Shown one piece after another: positions 1-10,193 of a stretch of DNA of 64,000 bases (position 1 is its first letter; each line of letters starts with the position of its first letter). The notes below the pieces were generated by a model. That model was given only the letters and a program-made list of their open reading frames with translations, had not been told where the DNA came from and did not search any database. The stretch comes from Candidatus Thorarchaeota archaeon (GTDB lineage: Archaea > Asgardarchaeota > Thorarchaeia > Thorarchaeales > Thorarchaeaceae). The DNA lies in contig JBHLRP010000003.1 of NCBI GenBank assembly GCA_048882485.1, positions 32,001 through 96,000 on the forward strand. Direction: 5' to 3'. A program made the position numbers and the translations under genes.

Positions 1-418
1 CTGGACTGCTACGCAATTGCTCGTTTTCTAAAACGGTGGATGTTTCCATCCACATTCTCAGCTTATCCACATGGCCTCTAAGTTGGATGATGCTGTCCAT
101 CTGTCCTAACGACATTGAGACAAGACCTATGCGCCTCCCCTTCTCATGCGCCTTAAAGAAGCTCGCCTGGAACCCTTTGGCCTTGAATTGTTGAGCACGC
201 TTTCCCAGAGTCATGACTAGGTCTAGGTCCTCCTCCGATTCGAGGTTCAAGTAGTATGCGGGACGAAGTGGATGTGAAGTATCAGTAAACTTGACGATAT
301 GCGCGCCATGCTTGAAGCGTTGATTCACGCATGCACTACATCTGTACTTGCCTTCCTCAGAGAAGGAATCGTATACGAGCTGAACATTGTCTGTTGAGCC
401 GCATCTACTGCATCTCAA
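1..418 (-). CDS. Hypothetical protein with N-terminal Zn-finger; truncated by window edge
   Basis: Not in ORF track. Hand translation from TTG at 418: MRCSRCGSTDNVQLVYDSFSEEGKYRCSACVNQRFKHG..., open to position 1; two CxxC pairs. Confidence 0.7.
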   Translation of the reverse strand, partial: MRCSRCGSTDNVQLVYDSFSEEGKYRCSACVNQRFKHGAHIVKFTDTSHPLRPAYYLNLESEEDLDLVMTLGKRAQQFKAKGFQASFFKAHEKGRRIGLVSMSLGQMDSIIQLRGHVDKLRMWMETSTVLENEQLRSSP

Positions 419-607
419 GACCATTGCTTTGTCTCCTTCGCATTTTCTCTTCTGCAACTTAGCGAGATTAATGCGAAAACACTGAACTTGAGAAGCTGTG
501 TTTCCTGAGTGATACAAGCTCTATTGGGAAAAGGGAGGTCTTTCACGACTCTTATTGGTTTCAATCCGCTGGGATCCTCTATGGCGCTGAAACAAAGCTT
601 AATATGA

Positions 608-640
608 TGCAAAGTACTTTGCAATGCAAAGAACTTTATA
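608..640. promoter_or_regulatory. Tandem palindromic operator upstream of the membrane protein/wHTH gene pair
   Basis: Perfect 16-bp palindrome TGCAAAGTACTTTGCA (608-623) plus degenerate copy TGCAAAGAACTTTATA (625-640), just downstream of an AT-rich box (CTTAATAT, 598-605). Confidence 0.7.
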
Positions 641-647
641 TTAATGG

Positions 648-1289
648 ATGAACACAATGAACGAAGAAATCGATCTAGTGAAACTGGAGCAAGCAACATT
701 CAGAACAGCGAATCAAGACGGGCTTACTGAGATATGGATGGGCTTGATGATAATGGCAATTGCTCTCGTACTAATACAGACAAGTTTCGTCGGTACTGTG
801 GCGATTCTCATTATATTCCAGGCGGCATTCAATGAAAAAGTGAAGGAGCGGTTTACCTACCCTCGAATTGGGAAAGTGAAGCTTCGTGGAGAAAGTGAGA
901 TTCCTTCAGGATATGGATGGATCGTGGTTCTGGTCACCATGATTCCAGCACTGTCCGCTGTCATGTTTTCGGTGAGGATTGAGAATGATTTGCTCTATCT
1001 CATCGCAAGATGGGCTCCACTTATAGTTGGGATTGGACTGATTCAGCCAACAGCATACCTAGTAGAGCGTTCGGGTCTCAATAGATACTATGCTGTTGGA
1101 GCTATTGTCGCGATCTTAGGTGCAGGCTTCACCATCCTAGAGTTTGCTTCACCAGTGGACAGAATGATAAGCTACATGGCTCTGGTGGGTGGACTCTTCA
1201 TCCTAGCTGGTCTTGTGAGTCTCACACTGTTTGTGAAGAAGCATCCAATCCTCGATTTGGAGGAGATGGGTAATGGGCAAGACCAATGA
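648..1289 (+). CDS. Integral membrane protein (~6-7 TM)
   Basis: Multiple hydrophobic segments; YPRxGxV motif; overlaps the downstream regulator gene. Confidence 0.8.
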   Translation: MNTMNEEIDLVKLEQATFRTANQDGLTEIWMGLMIMAIALVLIQTSFVGTVAILIIFQAAFNEKVKERFTYPRIGKVKLRGESEIPSGYGWIVVLVTMIPALSAVMFSVRIENDLLYLIARWAPLIVGIGLIQPTAYLVERSGLNRYYAVGAIVAILGAGFTILEFASPVDRMISYMALVGGLFILAGLVSLTLFVKKHPILDLEEMGNGQDQ

Positions 1290-1590
1290 TCCCGAAAAGG
1301 CGCATGAGATCGACAAGGTCATTCATGAGCCTGCGCGGCTCAGAATAATGGCTCAGCTATATGTCGTGGAGTCTGCTGACTTCACGTTTCTCTTAAATCA
1401 ACTTGGATTCACCTGGGGAAACCTCTCTTCTCACCTAGCAAGGCTTGAGAAGGAAGGCTATATTCTGGTGGAAAAGGAGTTCGTTGATAGGAAGCCTCGG
1501 ACAACTTTGAGCCTGACAGAGGCGGGCAGAAAGGCCTTTAGAAAATACAGAACGACAATGAAGTCGGTAATAGAAGAGCTCCCAGATTAA
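1273..1590 (+). CDS. Winged-HTH transcriptional regulator (ArsR-like/HTH_34)
   Basis: IHEPARLRIM..., GNLSSHLARLEKEGYI, KPRTTLSLTEAG motifs. Confidence 0.9.
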   Translation: MGKTNDPEKAHEIDKVIHEPARLRIMAQLYVVESADFTFLLNQLGFTWGNLSSHLARLEKEGYILVEKEFVDRKPRTTLSLTEAGRKAFRKYRTTMKSVIEELPD

Positions 1591-1607
1591 ACTCGGAGTT
1601 TCCGAGT
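1591..1607 (+). terminator. Hairpin directly after the wHTH stop codon
   Basis: ACTCGGA-GTT-TCCGAGT perfect inverted repeat. Confidence 0.45.
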
Positions 1608-1823
1608 GTCAGTAATATATCGACCTTCATTGGTTTCAGATGCTGCTTCACCTGATACTTTCGACCATCTCCCTCAGACGTTGATGTTTCATCGACCGAA
1701 CTCATCCGAACGGCAAACTCCTAGTAGAAGTGTGATTCGTTCGGTTGTTGTCGAGGCATAGCACAAATCCAAAGAGTTACTTGTAGTCAGGTGTGAGCGA
1801 CACTGACATAGAGGTCCGAGTAG

Positions 1824-3809
1824 ATGGCAGAGTTCAAACTTGAGGCCCCCTTTGAGCCAACTGGCGACCAGCCGCAGGCGATTGACAAACTAGTGGAGGG
1901 TCTCGAAAATGGATTGCAGCATCAAACTCTACTAGGCGTCACGGGAAGCGGTAAGACGTTCACTATGGCAAATGTGATCGAGAAGTACAACAAGCCAACT
2001 CTAGTCATCTCTCACAACAAGACTCTCGCAGCACAGCTGGCCTCAGAATATCGTCAGTTCTTCCCAGATGCAGCCGTGGAGTATTTTGTTTCTTACTACG
2101 ATTACTATCAGCCCGAAGCTTATGTTCCGTCTAAGGATATGTATATCGAAAAAGAATCCGATATCAATGAAGAGATCGAACGCCTCAGGCATTCAGCGAC
2201 GCACTCGTTGAGGTCTCGAGAGGATGTCATTGTGGTCGCTTCGGTGTCTTGCATTTATGGAGTTGGTAATCCGTCTGAGTACGACTACTTCCGAATGATG
2301 GTGGAGGTTGGAAAAGAGATAGACAGACGAAGTCTACTCGCGAAGCTTGTAGCTATGCAATATGACCGGAATGACATGGAGGTAAAGCCAGGAACATTTC
2401 GTGTGAGGGGCGATGTGATTGACGTCTGTCCAGCAGCCTCAAGAAACCTCATCAGGATTGAACTCGATGGAGATGAAGTTGAAAGAATCTCTGTACTCGA
2501 GGCTCTTACCTCAAGGCACCTGGAGCGTTTGAAGTGGATCGAGCTGTTTCCCGCCAGACATCATATTGCACGGTATGAAAGAATCACAGACTCATTAGAT
2601 GCTATCGAGCAGGAGATGAGAGACCGAGTTGAGTGGTTCAGACAGCAAGGGAAGCTTGTTGAGGCTGATCGACTCAAGAGACGCACCCTCTATGATATGG
2701 AGATGATGAGGGAGACCGGCAAAACTCAAGGGATTGAGAACTATTCACGGTATATAGATGGGAGAAAGAAGGGTGAGAAGCCGTATGCATTGCTGGATTA
2801 CTTCCCTGAGGACTTCCTGATGATTATCGATGAGTCCCATATGACCATCCCACAGATCCGGGGCATGTACCACGGAGACCTCTCAAGAAAACAGAACTTG
2901 GTTGATTATGGATTCAGACTACCATCCGCCTTTGATAACCGACCACTGAAGTTCCCCGAGTTCGAGAAGTACATGAAGCATGTTGTATACACCAGTGCCA
3001 CTCCTGGCTCCCACGAAAGGAAAATGAGTGAACAGATAGTCGAGCAGCTCCTCAGACCCACAGGTCTCCTCGATCCAGACATCACAGTTCGTCCAGTCGT
3101 AGGACAGGTTGACCATCTGTTAGGGGAGATAAAGCAGACTACTGCAGACCGTGACAGAGTCCTAGTGACCACTCTCACAAAGAAGACTGCTGAGATGTTG
3201 GCAGAGTATCTTGTAGAGGCTGGGATCAAGGCGAGATATCTTCACTCAGACATTGGCACTGTCGAGAGGATTGAGATTATTCGGCAGCTCAGACAAGGAA
3301 AGTTCGATGTCCTTGTTGGTATCAATCTGCTCCGTGAGGGACTCGACCTTCCAGAAGTGGGTCTAGTAGCGGTTCTTGATGCAGACAAGGAAGGATTCTT
3401 GCGTACTGACTGGGCACTTATTCAAACAATGGGTAGAGCCTCTCGCAATGTTCGGGGTCGAGTCATTCTATATGGAGATCATGTGTCTAATGCCATGCAG
3501 AGCGCGATAGATGAAACAAATCGCAGACGCAGCTATCAGATTAAGTTCAATGAGGAACACAACATTGAGCCTCGTACCATTGTGAAAGACATTCGTGACA
3601 TTGCTGAGGGTATTGTCAGACTGGAGAAGACTGTACAGACAGAGATTGGTGACTTCGATCCATTGGAGATTGAAGACATGATGGACTACATCATCGATCT
3701 GGAGGAACAGATGAAGGAGGCTGCTAGGAACCTCGAGTTCGAAAGAGCGGCTAAACTGCGAGATCAGATACTGGATTTGAGAAAGAAGGTTGAGGGCAAC
3801 GGAACGTGA
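1824..3809 (+). CDS. uvrB: Excinuclease ABC subunit B
   Basis: PTGDQPQAI, GVTGSGKT, FVSYYDYYQPEAY beta-hairpin, DESH, GINLLREGLD, C-terminal UVR coiled coil. Confidence 0.99.
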   Translation: MAEFKLEAPFEPTGDQPQAIDKLVEGLENGLQHQTLLGVTGSGKTFTMANVIEKYNKPTLVISHNKTLAAQLASEYRQFFPDAAVEYFVSYYDYYQPEAYVPSKDMYIEKESDINEEIERLRHSATHSLRSREDVIVVASVSCIYGVGNPSEYDYFRMMVEVGKEIDRRSLLAKLVAMQYDRNDMEVKPGTFRVRGDVIDVCPAASRNLIRIELDGDEVERISVLEALTSRHLERLKWIELFPARHHIARYERITDSLDAIEQEMRDRVEWFRQQGKLVEADRLKRRTLYDMEMMRETGKTQGIENYSRYIDGRKKGEKPYALLDYFPEDFLMIIDESHMTIPQIRGMYHGDLSRKQNLVDYGFRLPSAFDNRPLKFPEFEKYMKHVVYTSATPGSHERKMSEQIVEQLLRPTGLLDPDITVRPVVGQVDHLLGEIKQTTADRDRVLVTTLTKKTAEMLAEYLVEAGIKARYLHSDIGTVERIEIIRQLRQGKFDVLVGINLLREGLDLPEVGLVAVLDADKEGFLRTDWALIQTMGRASRNVRGRVILYGDHVSNAMQSAIDETNRRRSYQIKFNEEHNIEPRTIVKDIRDIAEGIVRLEKTVQTEIGDFDPLEIEDMMDYIIDLEEQMKEAARNLEFERAAKLRDQILDLRKKVEGNGT

Positions 3810-6694
3810 AGGCTGCGACAAGGAAGCGCAAAGGTGACCCGACTGAGTTCGATGGACCGAGGTCTATCGTCGTTATGGGTGCAGCAGAGAACAATCTGCG
3901 GCACATCGACGTGGAGATTCCGAAGAACACCCTGACAGTCGTAACCGGGGTTTCAGGCAGTGGAAAGTCTAGCTTGGTCTTTGATACCATCTTTGCAGAA
4001 GGCCAGCGAAGATTCGTGGAGTCGCTTTCACCCTATGCCCGTCAGTTTCTTGGGATGCTGGAGAAGCCCAAAGTCGATTTCATGTCCGGTCTCTCGCCGT
4101 CGATATCAATTGACCAGAAGAGTGTAGGAAGGAACCCTCGCTCCACAGTCGGCACAATAACAGAGATCTACGACTTCCTGCGATTATTGTACGCTAGAGT
4201 GGGTGAGCCTCATTGTCCCCAGTGCGGAAAGAAGATCGAGCCCCAGACATCACAGCAGATGGTAGACAACGTCCTCCAGCTTGAAGAAGGCACCCGAATC
4301 ATGATTCTGGCTCCTATTGTGCGAGGGAGAAAAGGAGAGTATCGCAGGGAGTTCAGGAACCTTCTGAAGAAGGGCTACATCAGGGCTCGTGTAGATGGCG
4401 AGCTAAAGGACATCGAGGAGGGAATGTCCCTCGACCGTTACTTCGAGCACACTATTGAAGTTGTGATTGACAGAGTACGTGTCAAACCATCTGAACGGGG
4501 AAGAATCTCTGAGGCTGTAGAGACCTCCCTGAACATGGCGGATGGTGTCGTAGTCATATCAAAGCCAGATGGCGATATCACTCTCTCAGAGCAATTCGCC
4601 TGCGTGGACTGCGGTATCAGTCTGCCTGAGATGGAACCTCGTATCTTCTCATGGAACACTCCCCAGGGTGCATGTCCTCAATGTACAGGCATCGGTTCAG
4701 TCCGGGAGTTCGACCCTGACAGGTTCATTGAGAATCCTGAACTCACCATCCGTGAAGGTGCTTTAAGGGGCTACGAGTGGAAGCTGAAGCGGACTCGCCT
4801 GAAGAAAGTCGCTGAGAAATATGGCTTCACCCTCGATACAAAGTGGAACGACCTAACCAAGAAGCAGAAACACGTCCTGCTTCATGGATCTGGTGAAGAA
4901 AGGTTTGAGTCGACGTGGGAGGGTGGGAATGAGGACTATGGTGTTACCTATTCTGGGAAATTTCAGCGGCCCTTCGAAGGTTGGATGCAGAGAGCAAAGC
5001 GAGTCTATAGCACGACAAATTCTGAATACAGCAGGAAGCAGATTGAGTCCCTATACATGTCGGAGCTTACATGCCCAACATGCAATGGTAGCCGTTTGCG
5101 CCCCGAGTCCCGCGCCGTGACATTTGGGGGAAAGTCCATTGCCGAGCTTGATGTCTTGTCAGTGAAGGGGCTGCATGAGTTCTTCAAGAGTGTCAAGATA
5201 GATCCTCGCTTTCAGCCGGTAGCCGAACCAATACTCAGAGAGATTATGGGTAGAATAGGCTTCCTGAGAGATGTTGGCCTCGACTATCTGACTCTGAACC
5301 GAACCGCCCCGTCTCTCGCAGGTGGCGAGGCACAGCGCATACGACTAGCCAGTCAGATTGGCTCGAATCTTGTTGGAGTGACCTATGTGTGTGATGAACC
5401 ATCGATTGGGCTTCATGCACGTGACAACAAGCGTCTACTCAACTCGTTGATGCGGCTGAGAGACCTCGGAAACACTGTCTTAGTGGTCGAGCATGACGAA
5501 GAAACCATGAAGAGCGCAGATTATATCGTCGATCTCGGACCGGGTGCTGGGGCTGAGGGTGGAGAGGTTGTTGTTGCTGGAGAATTGAGTGAAATACTCA
5601 ATGCAAAGGACTCGATCACAGCCAAGTATCTCCGTGGAGAGGTTGCGATTCCAGTCCCCAAGAAGCGAAGAGGGCCCAATGGCCGCTTCATCGAGTTGCG
5701 TGGTGCTCGACATAACAACCTCAAGAATATCAATGTCAGGATTCCACTTGGGATGTTTATCTCAGTGACTGGTGTGTCAGGTAGCGGCAAGTCAAGTCTC
5801 ATTGTTGAAACGCTTCAGAGAGAGCTGGCGCACAGGTTCCACAAGGCTGAGAAGAAACCTGGCGACCATGATGATATCGTTGGGGCCGGTCAGCTCGACA
5901 AGGTAATTGTCATTGACCAGAGTCCCATCGGCAGGACACCCCGGTCGAATCCCGCGACGTACACTGGACTCTGGTCTCCACTTAGAGAGCTATTTTCCAG
6001 TCTTCCTGAGTCACAGATCAGAGGATACAAGCCAGGGCGATTTTCCTTCAATGTTAAGGGCGGTCGCTGTGAGAAGTGTCGCGGTGCAGGAGTAGAAATC
6101 ATCGAGATGCAGTTTCTCCCTCCCGTTCAGGTGACATGCACTGAGTGCAAGGGGCGGAGGTATAACAGAGAAACCCTTCAGGTCCGCTTCAAGGGAAAGA
6201 ACATAGCAGACATCCTAGACATGAGGATAGACGAGGCGGTGAAGTTCTTTGAAGGTGTGCCTTCGATTCATAGACGACTCGAAACATTGTGTGCAGTGGG
6301 GATGGGCTACATCAAACTTGGGCAGCCTGCAACAACTCTCTCGGGCGGCGAGGCACAACGTGTGAAGCTGAGCAAGTTCCTCTCGCGACCTGCAACCGGA
6401 CAAACTCTGATAATGCTAGACGAGCCTACAACTGGGCTTCATTTTGCGGACATCAAGAAGCTCCTTGAGGTCCTGCACAGACTAGTCGACCTAGGGAACA
6501 CTGTACTTGTGATTGAGCATCAGTTGGATGTCGTGAAGACCAGTGATTGGGTGATCGATCTTGGACCTGAGGGAGGCGATGAGGGGGGATATGTTGTAGC
6601 AGAGGGAACTCCTGAGGACATCGTAGCAAAGAAAAACTCCTTCACAGGGAGATTTCTGAAGGACTTGCTTGCGGAGGGAGGTGTGAGGGGATGA
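3806..6694 (+). CDS. uvrA: Excinuclease ABC subunit A, paralog 1
   Basis: Two ABC NBDs (GVSGSGKS x2, [32 protein letters not shown]), [27 protein letters not shown], six CxxC pairs; GTGA overlap with uvrB. Confidence 0.98.
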   Translation: MKAATRKRKGDPTEFDGPRSIVVMGAAENNLRHIDVEIPKNTLTVVTGVSGSGKSSLVFDTIFAEGQRRFVESLSPYARQFLGMLEKPKVDFMSGLSPSISIDQKSVGRNPRSTVGTITEIYDFLRLLYARVGEPHCPQCGKKIEPQTSQQMVDNVLQLEEGTRIMILAPIVRGRKGEYRREFRNLLKKGYIRARVDGELKDIEEGMSLDRYFEHTIEVVIDRVRVKPSERGRISEAVETSLNMADGVVVISKPDGDITLSEQFACVDCGISLPEMEPRIFSWNTPQGACPQCTGIGSVREFDPDRFIENPELTIREGALRGYEWKLKRTRLKKVAEKYGFTLDTKWNDLTKKQKHVLLHGSGEERFESTWEGGNEDYGVTYSGKFQRPFEGWMQRAKRVYSTTNSEYSRKQIESLYMSELTCPTCNGSRLRPESRAVTFGGKSIAELDVLSVKGLHEFFKSVKIDPRFQPVAEPILREIMGRIGFLRDVGLDYLTLNRTAPSLAGGEAQRIRLASQIGSNLVGVTYVCDEPSIGLHARDNKRLLNSLMRLRDLGNTVLVVEHDEETMKSADYIVDLGPGAGAEGGEVVVAGELSEILNAKDSITAKYLRGEVAIPVPKKRRGPNGRFIELRGARHNNLKNINVRIPLGMFISVTGVSGSGKSSLIVETLQRELAHRFHKAEKKPGDHDDIVGAGQLDKVIVIDQSPIGRTPRSNPATYTGLWSPLRELFSSLPESQIRGYKPGRFSFNVKGGRCEKCRGAGVEIIEMQFLPPVQVTCTECKGRRYNRETLQVRFKGKNIADILDMRIDEAVKFFEGVPSIHRRLETLCAVGMGYIKLGQPATTLSGGEAQRVKLSKFLSRPATGQTLIMLDEPTTGLHFADIKKLLEVLHRLVDLGNTVLVIEHQLDVVKTSDWVIDLGPEGGDEGGYVVAEGTPEDIVAKKNSFTGRFLKDLLAEGGVRG

Positions 6695-9549
6695 CTGGCT
6701 ACATCAAAGTCCGTAAGGCTGAGGAACACAACCTCAAGAAGATAGATGTAGACATCCCTCGAGACCGTCTTGTCGTCGTGACCGGGCCCTCAGGCTCAGG
6801 TAAGTCTACTCTGGTCTTTGACACAATCTTTGCAGAAGGACAGAGAAGGTATGTTGAGTCACTCTCCTCATATGCCAGACGCTTCCTAGGGAGGCTGGAC
6901 AAGCCCAAGGTTGACAAGATTTCAGGACTTCCTCCAGCTATCTCGATTGAGCAGAAGGGAAGGACCAAGAATCCCAGATCGACCGTTGGTACGTCAACAG
7001 AGATTCATGATTATCTGCGTCTACTCTACGCCAACATCGGTGTTCCACATTGTGTCGAGTGTGGACGTGCAATGGAGCAGCTAACTGCAGAATCAGCTGC
7101 ACGACTTCTCTTGGATGAGAATGGTGGTCATCGCGTCTTCGTTCTAGCACCTGTCGTGAGAGGCGAGGCGGGGAAGCACGAGGAAGTCTTTGAGGGGCTA
7201 CTCAAGAATGGCTTTGCCAGAGTCCGGGTGGATGGAGATGTACATGACATCGATGGCATTGAGATTGATGGTCGAAAGAAGCATAACATCGAGGTCGTTG
7301 TTGATCGTCTCGAGATAAGCCAAAAGGTTAGAGAACGGCTCATAGGGTCCCTAGAAACCGCACTGGAAACCGGTGAGGGTGCGGCTGTCATTTCACGAGA
7401 AGAAGAACCTGACCTCATGTTCGCTGAGCAGCTGATGTGTCCGAAATGTGGCCTTCAGTATGAAAAGCTTGGTCCCAAGGCGTTCTCCTACAATCGTCCA
7501 GATGGAGCATGTACTGAATGTAATGGTCTTGGGGTCACTATGGCGGTTGACCCTGATTTGGTGATACCCAGCAAGTCAATGACCATCCATGACATTAGCA
7601 GGAGAGTAAACGGTTCCGATAGGCCATGGTTCACTCGCCGTCTTGAGGCGCTGGGTGAACATTTGGGCTTCACACTAGAAACTCCTTACTCAAAGCTCAA
7701 CAAGTCGCAGCGCGAGGCCCTGTTGTGGGGAAGGCCTGAGATTACGCTTCATTACATTCAATATACTGAGTCATCACAGTGGGAGATTACACGGAAGTGG
7801 TTGGGCCTTATTCCTTGGATAGAAAAGGTGTTTGAGGACGGGAGGACAAGCGAGAAGCAGTGGTATCAGTATCGAGCAAGCTACATAGCTAATGTTCTCT
7901 CTAGGAAGATGGCATGCGAGTCATGCGGTGGTAGAAAGTTGAAGCCTCAGAGTCTCGCAGTAACAGTAAGTGGCAAGCCAATTGACGCTGTCACATCAAT
8001 GACTATTGAAGAGGCTGCGGACTTCTTCGAGAGGATTGACCTAACCGAACGTGAGATGAAGATTGCAGAACTCGTATTGAAGGAGATTCGAGCTCGACTG
8101 AAGTTCCTTATCTCTGTAGGTCTTGAATATCTGAATCTAGATAGACTCTCAATGAGTCTCTCTGGTGGCGAGAGCCAGAGAATACGACTTGCAACACAGA
8201 TCGGCTCTGCACTGACTGGAGTCCTTTACTGTCTCGACGAACCTTCGATCGGGCTCCATCCACGCGATATCAACCGCCTCATCGAGACCTTCTATCACCT
8301 GAGGTCTCTTGGGAATACTGTTGTAGTGATAGAGCACGATCGGGATACGATTCATGCGGCAGATCATATCATAGATCTCGGTCCTCTGGCTGGCATACAT
8401 GGAGGCCGCGTAGTGGCTGAGGGACCTCCAACAGATGTTCTTGCAGATCCAAAGTCGCTCACTGCGCAATATCTTGCAGGAAAGAAGCAGATTCCTGTGC
8501 CTAATGAGAGGCGAGAAGGGAATGGTGCGAAGATTATACTGAGAGGTGCGAGTCAGCACAATCTCAAGAATATCACTGTGGAGTTTCCGCTTGGTAAGCT
8601 CATCTGTGTGACAGGGGTTTCCGGCAGTGGAAAGAGCACCCTGACTTATGAAACACTATATAGAGCACTTCAGCGGAGAATGGGTTTAACGGGCCCACCT
8701 CCGGGGGCTCATGACGGGATTGAGGGCACAGAACATATCGATAGATTGGTGCTAGTTGACCAATCGCCAATTGGACGCACACCTAGATCCAATCCCGCGA
8801 CCTATACGAAGACATTCGCATCGATAAGAGCACTCTTTGCTCAGATGCCTGAAGCAAAGGCTAGGGGATTCAGTAAAGGGAGATTCTCTTTCAATACACG
8901 TGAAGGTCGATGCGAGAAGTGCCAGGGAAGTGGAGTGCTTACGGTTGAGATGCACTTCATGAGTGATGTCTTCATGACCTGTGATGTGTGCAAGGGAGAC
9001 CGCTTTGACAGAGAGACTCTTGAAGTGACCTACAAGGGCAAGAACATCACAGAAGTCCTCTCTATGACAATCGAGGAGGCTCTAGAGTTCTTCCGTGATA
9101 TTCCAAAGGTCGCAGATAAGCTCCAGACACTAGTCGACGTAGGTCTTGGATATCTGGAACTGGGACAGCCTGCGACGACTCTCTCTGGTGGTGAGGCGCA
9201 GCGAATGAAAATAGCCTCAGAACTTTCACGGCGAAGCACAGGCAAGACGCTATATCTGCTTGACGAGCCAACGACAGGGCTATCAGCATCTGATGTTCAT
9301 GTGCTGCTCCGAGTGTTGAATAGGCTAGTGGAGGGTGGCAACACAGTCATCATGGTTGAACATAACCTTGAGGTCATCAAGACCGCAGACTGGTTGGTCG
9401 ATCTTGGACCCGAAGGCGGAGATGCCGGAGGTCAGGTTGTTGCAGTGGGTACGCCTGAAGACCTCTGTGATGCGGTAGAATCGTATACAGGCAATCATCT
9501 ACGCGATGCTCTGTATAGCGGAAGGGTCAGGTATGGGCCCCTGAATTGA
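6691..9549 (+). CDS. uvrA: Excinuclease ABC subunit A, paralog 2
   Basis: Same full UvrA architecture ([36 protein letters not shown], six CxxC pairs); ATGA overlap with uvrA1. Confidence 0.98.
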   Translation: MTGYIKVRKAEEHNLKKIDVDIPRDRLVVVTGPSGSGKSTLVFDTIFAEGQRRYVESLSSYARRFLGRLDKPKVDKISGLPPAISIEQKGRTKNPRSTVGTSTEIHDYLRLLYANIGVPHCVECGRAMEQLTAESAARLLLDENGGHRVFVLAPVVRGEAGKHEEVFEGLLKNGFARVRVDGDVHDIDGIEIDGRKKHNIEVVVDRLEISQKVRERLIGSLETALETGEGAAVISREEEPDLMFAEQLMCPKCGLQYEKLGPKAFSYNRPDGACTECNGLGVTMAVDPDLVIPSKSMTIHDISRRVNGSDRPWFTRRLEALGEHLGFTLETPYSKLNKSQREALLWGRPEITLHYIQYTESSQWEITRKWLGLIPWIEKVFEDGRTSEKQWYQYRASYIANVLSRKMACESCGGRKLKPQSLAVTVSGKPIDAVTSMTIEEAADFFERIDLTEREMKIAELVLKEIRARLKFLISVGLEYLNLDRLSMSLSGGESQRIRLATQIGSALTGVLYCLDEPSIGLHPRDINRLIETFYHLRSLGNTVVVIEHDRDTIHAADHIIDLGPLAGIHGGRVVAEGPPTDVLADPKSLTAQYLAGKKQIPVPNERREGNGAKIILRGASQHNLKNITVEFPLGKLICVTGVSGSGKSTLTYETLYRALQRRMGLTGPPPGAHDGIEGTEHIDRLVLVDQSPIGRTPRSNPATYTKTFASIRALFAQMPEAKARGFSKGRFSFNTREGRCEKCQGSGVLTVEMHFMSDVFMTCDVCKGDRFDRETLEVTYKGKNITEVLSMTIEEALEFFRDIPKVADKLQTLVDVGLGYLELGQPATTLSGGEAQRMKIASELSRRSTGKTLYLLDEPTTGLSASDVHVLLRVLNRLVEGGNTVIMVEHNLEVIKTADWLVDLGPEGGDAGGQVVAVGTPEDLCDAVESYTGNHLRDALYSGRVRYGPLN

Positions 9550-9664
9550 AACGCGCCAACCGTTGCCGATTTCTCGTAGACCCTTTCAAATTATCATACG
9601 TCTCCAAATCTTATATTAGTGGAAATTTCAGAGTGTTTCTAGTCCGTCGGGAGGACAGGCATCA

Positions 9665-10120
9665 ATGACTTCAAGTAGACGAAGAGTGGACTCTGTCTCA
9701 CCACTCAAAATGTCAGCCTACGAATCTGACCTTCGTAGACGCATAGCGACTTTTCCGAGAGACGCACACTCATGGTTCTCCCTAGGTAAATATCTTATTA
9801 CTAGAGGACGGCATCGCGAGGCTGAAGGAGCTATTCGGAAAGCCATATCCCTTAATCCTCAACCCAAACAATACTGGGAAGAACTCGAAGAAGTCCTATC
9901 AGTCCTCAGGGAGACTAGCGTTGTTGACGAAATAGATCGGAGAATTGACAGATTGAAGAAACTCGAAGAGAGCGTGGAAGGAGCGAAACCTTCTCGCGTA
10001 TCGTCAGATGTTTCACCTTGTGTATCATGCGAGCACTACACTTACTATGGATGCTCAAAGGGGCAGTCATGTGACGCTCTCCTGAGTTGGCGTGCCCAAT
10101 TACTTCGAGCGTCGGAATGA
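9665..10120 (+). CDS. TPR-like protein with C-terminal 4-Cys motif
   Basis: AHSWFSLGKYL...AEGAIRKAISLNP TPR pattern; CVSC-x7-C-x5-C; upstream CTTATATT box and GGGAGG. Confidence 0.75.
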   Translation: MTSSRRRVDSVSPLKMSAYESDLRRRIATFPRDAHSWFSLGKYLITRGRHREAEGAIRKAISLNPQPKQYWEELEEVLSVLRETSVVDEIDRRIDRLKKLEESVEGAKPSRVSSDVSPCVSCEHYTYYGCSKGQSCDALLSWRAQLLRASE

Positions 10121-10193
10121 AAGCTGAGTGAACTGGCACCTTCCGAATCACTGATTTGCAGGTCTTTTTCTATGGATAGATAGAACCATAGAT

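Noticed and set aside
415-699. 94-aa - strand ORF from the track
   Set aside because: Spans the divergent promoter/operator region and overlaps the 648 gene
1538-1705. ~55-aa - strand ORF (MSSVDETSTSEG...) between the wHTH gene and uvrB
   Set aside because: Runs antisense into the wHTH gene; no recognisable motif; not enough support
6691-9549. Second uvrA as an assembly artefact or pseudogene
   Set aside because: Diverged from uvrA1 throughout, intact frame, precise 4-bp coupling
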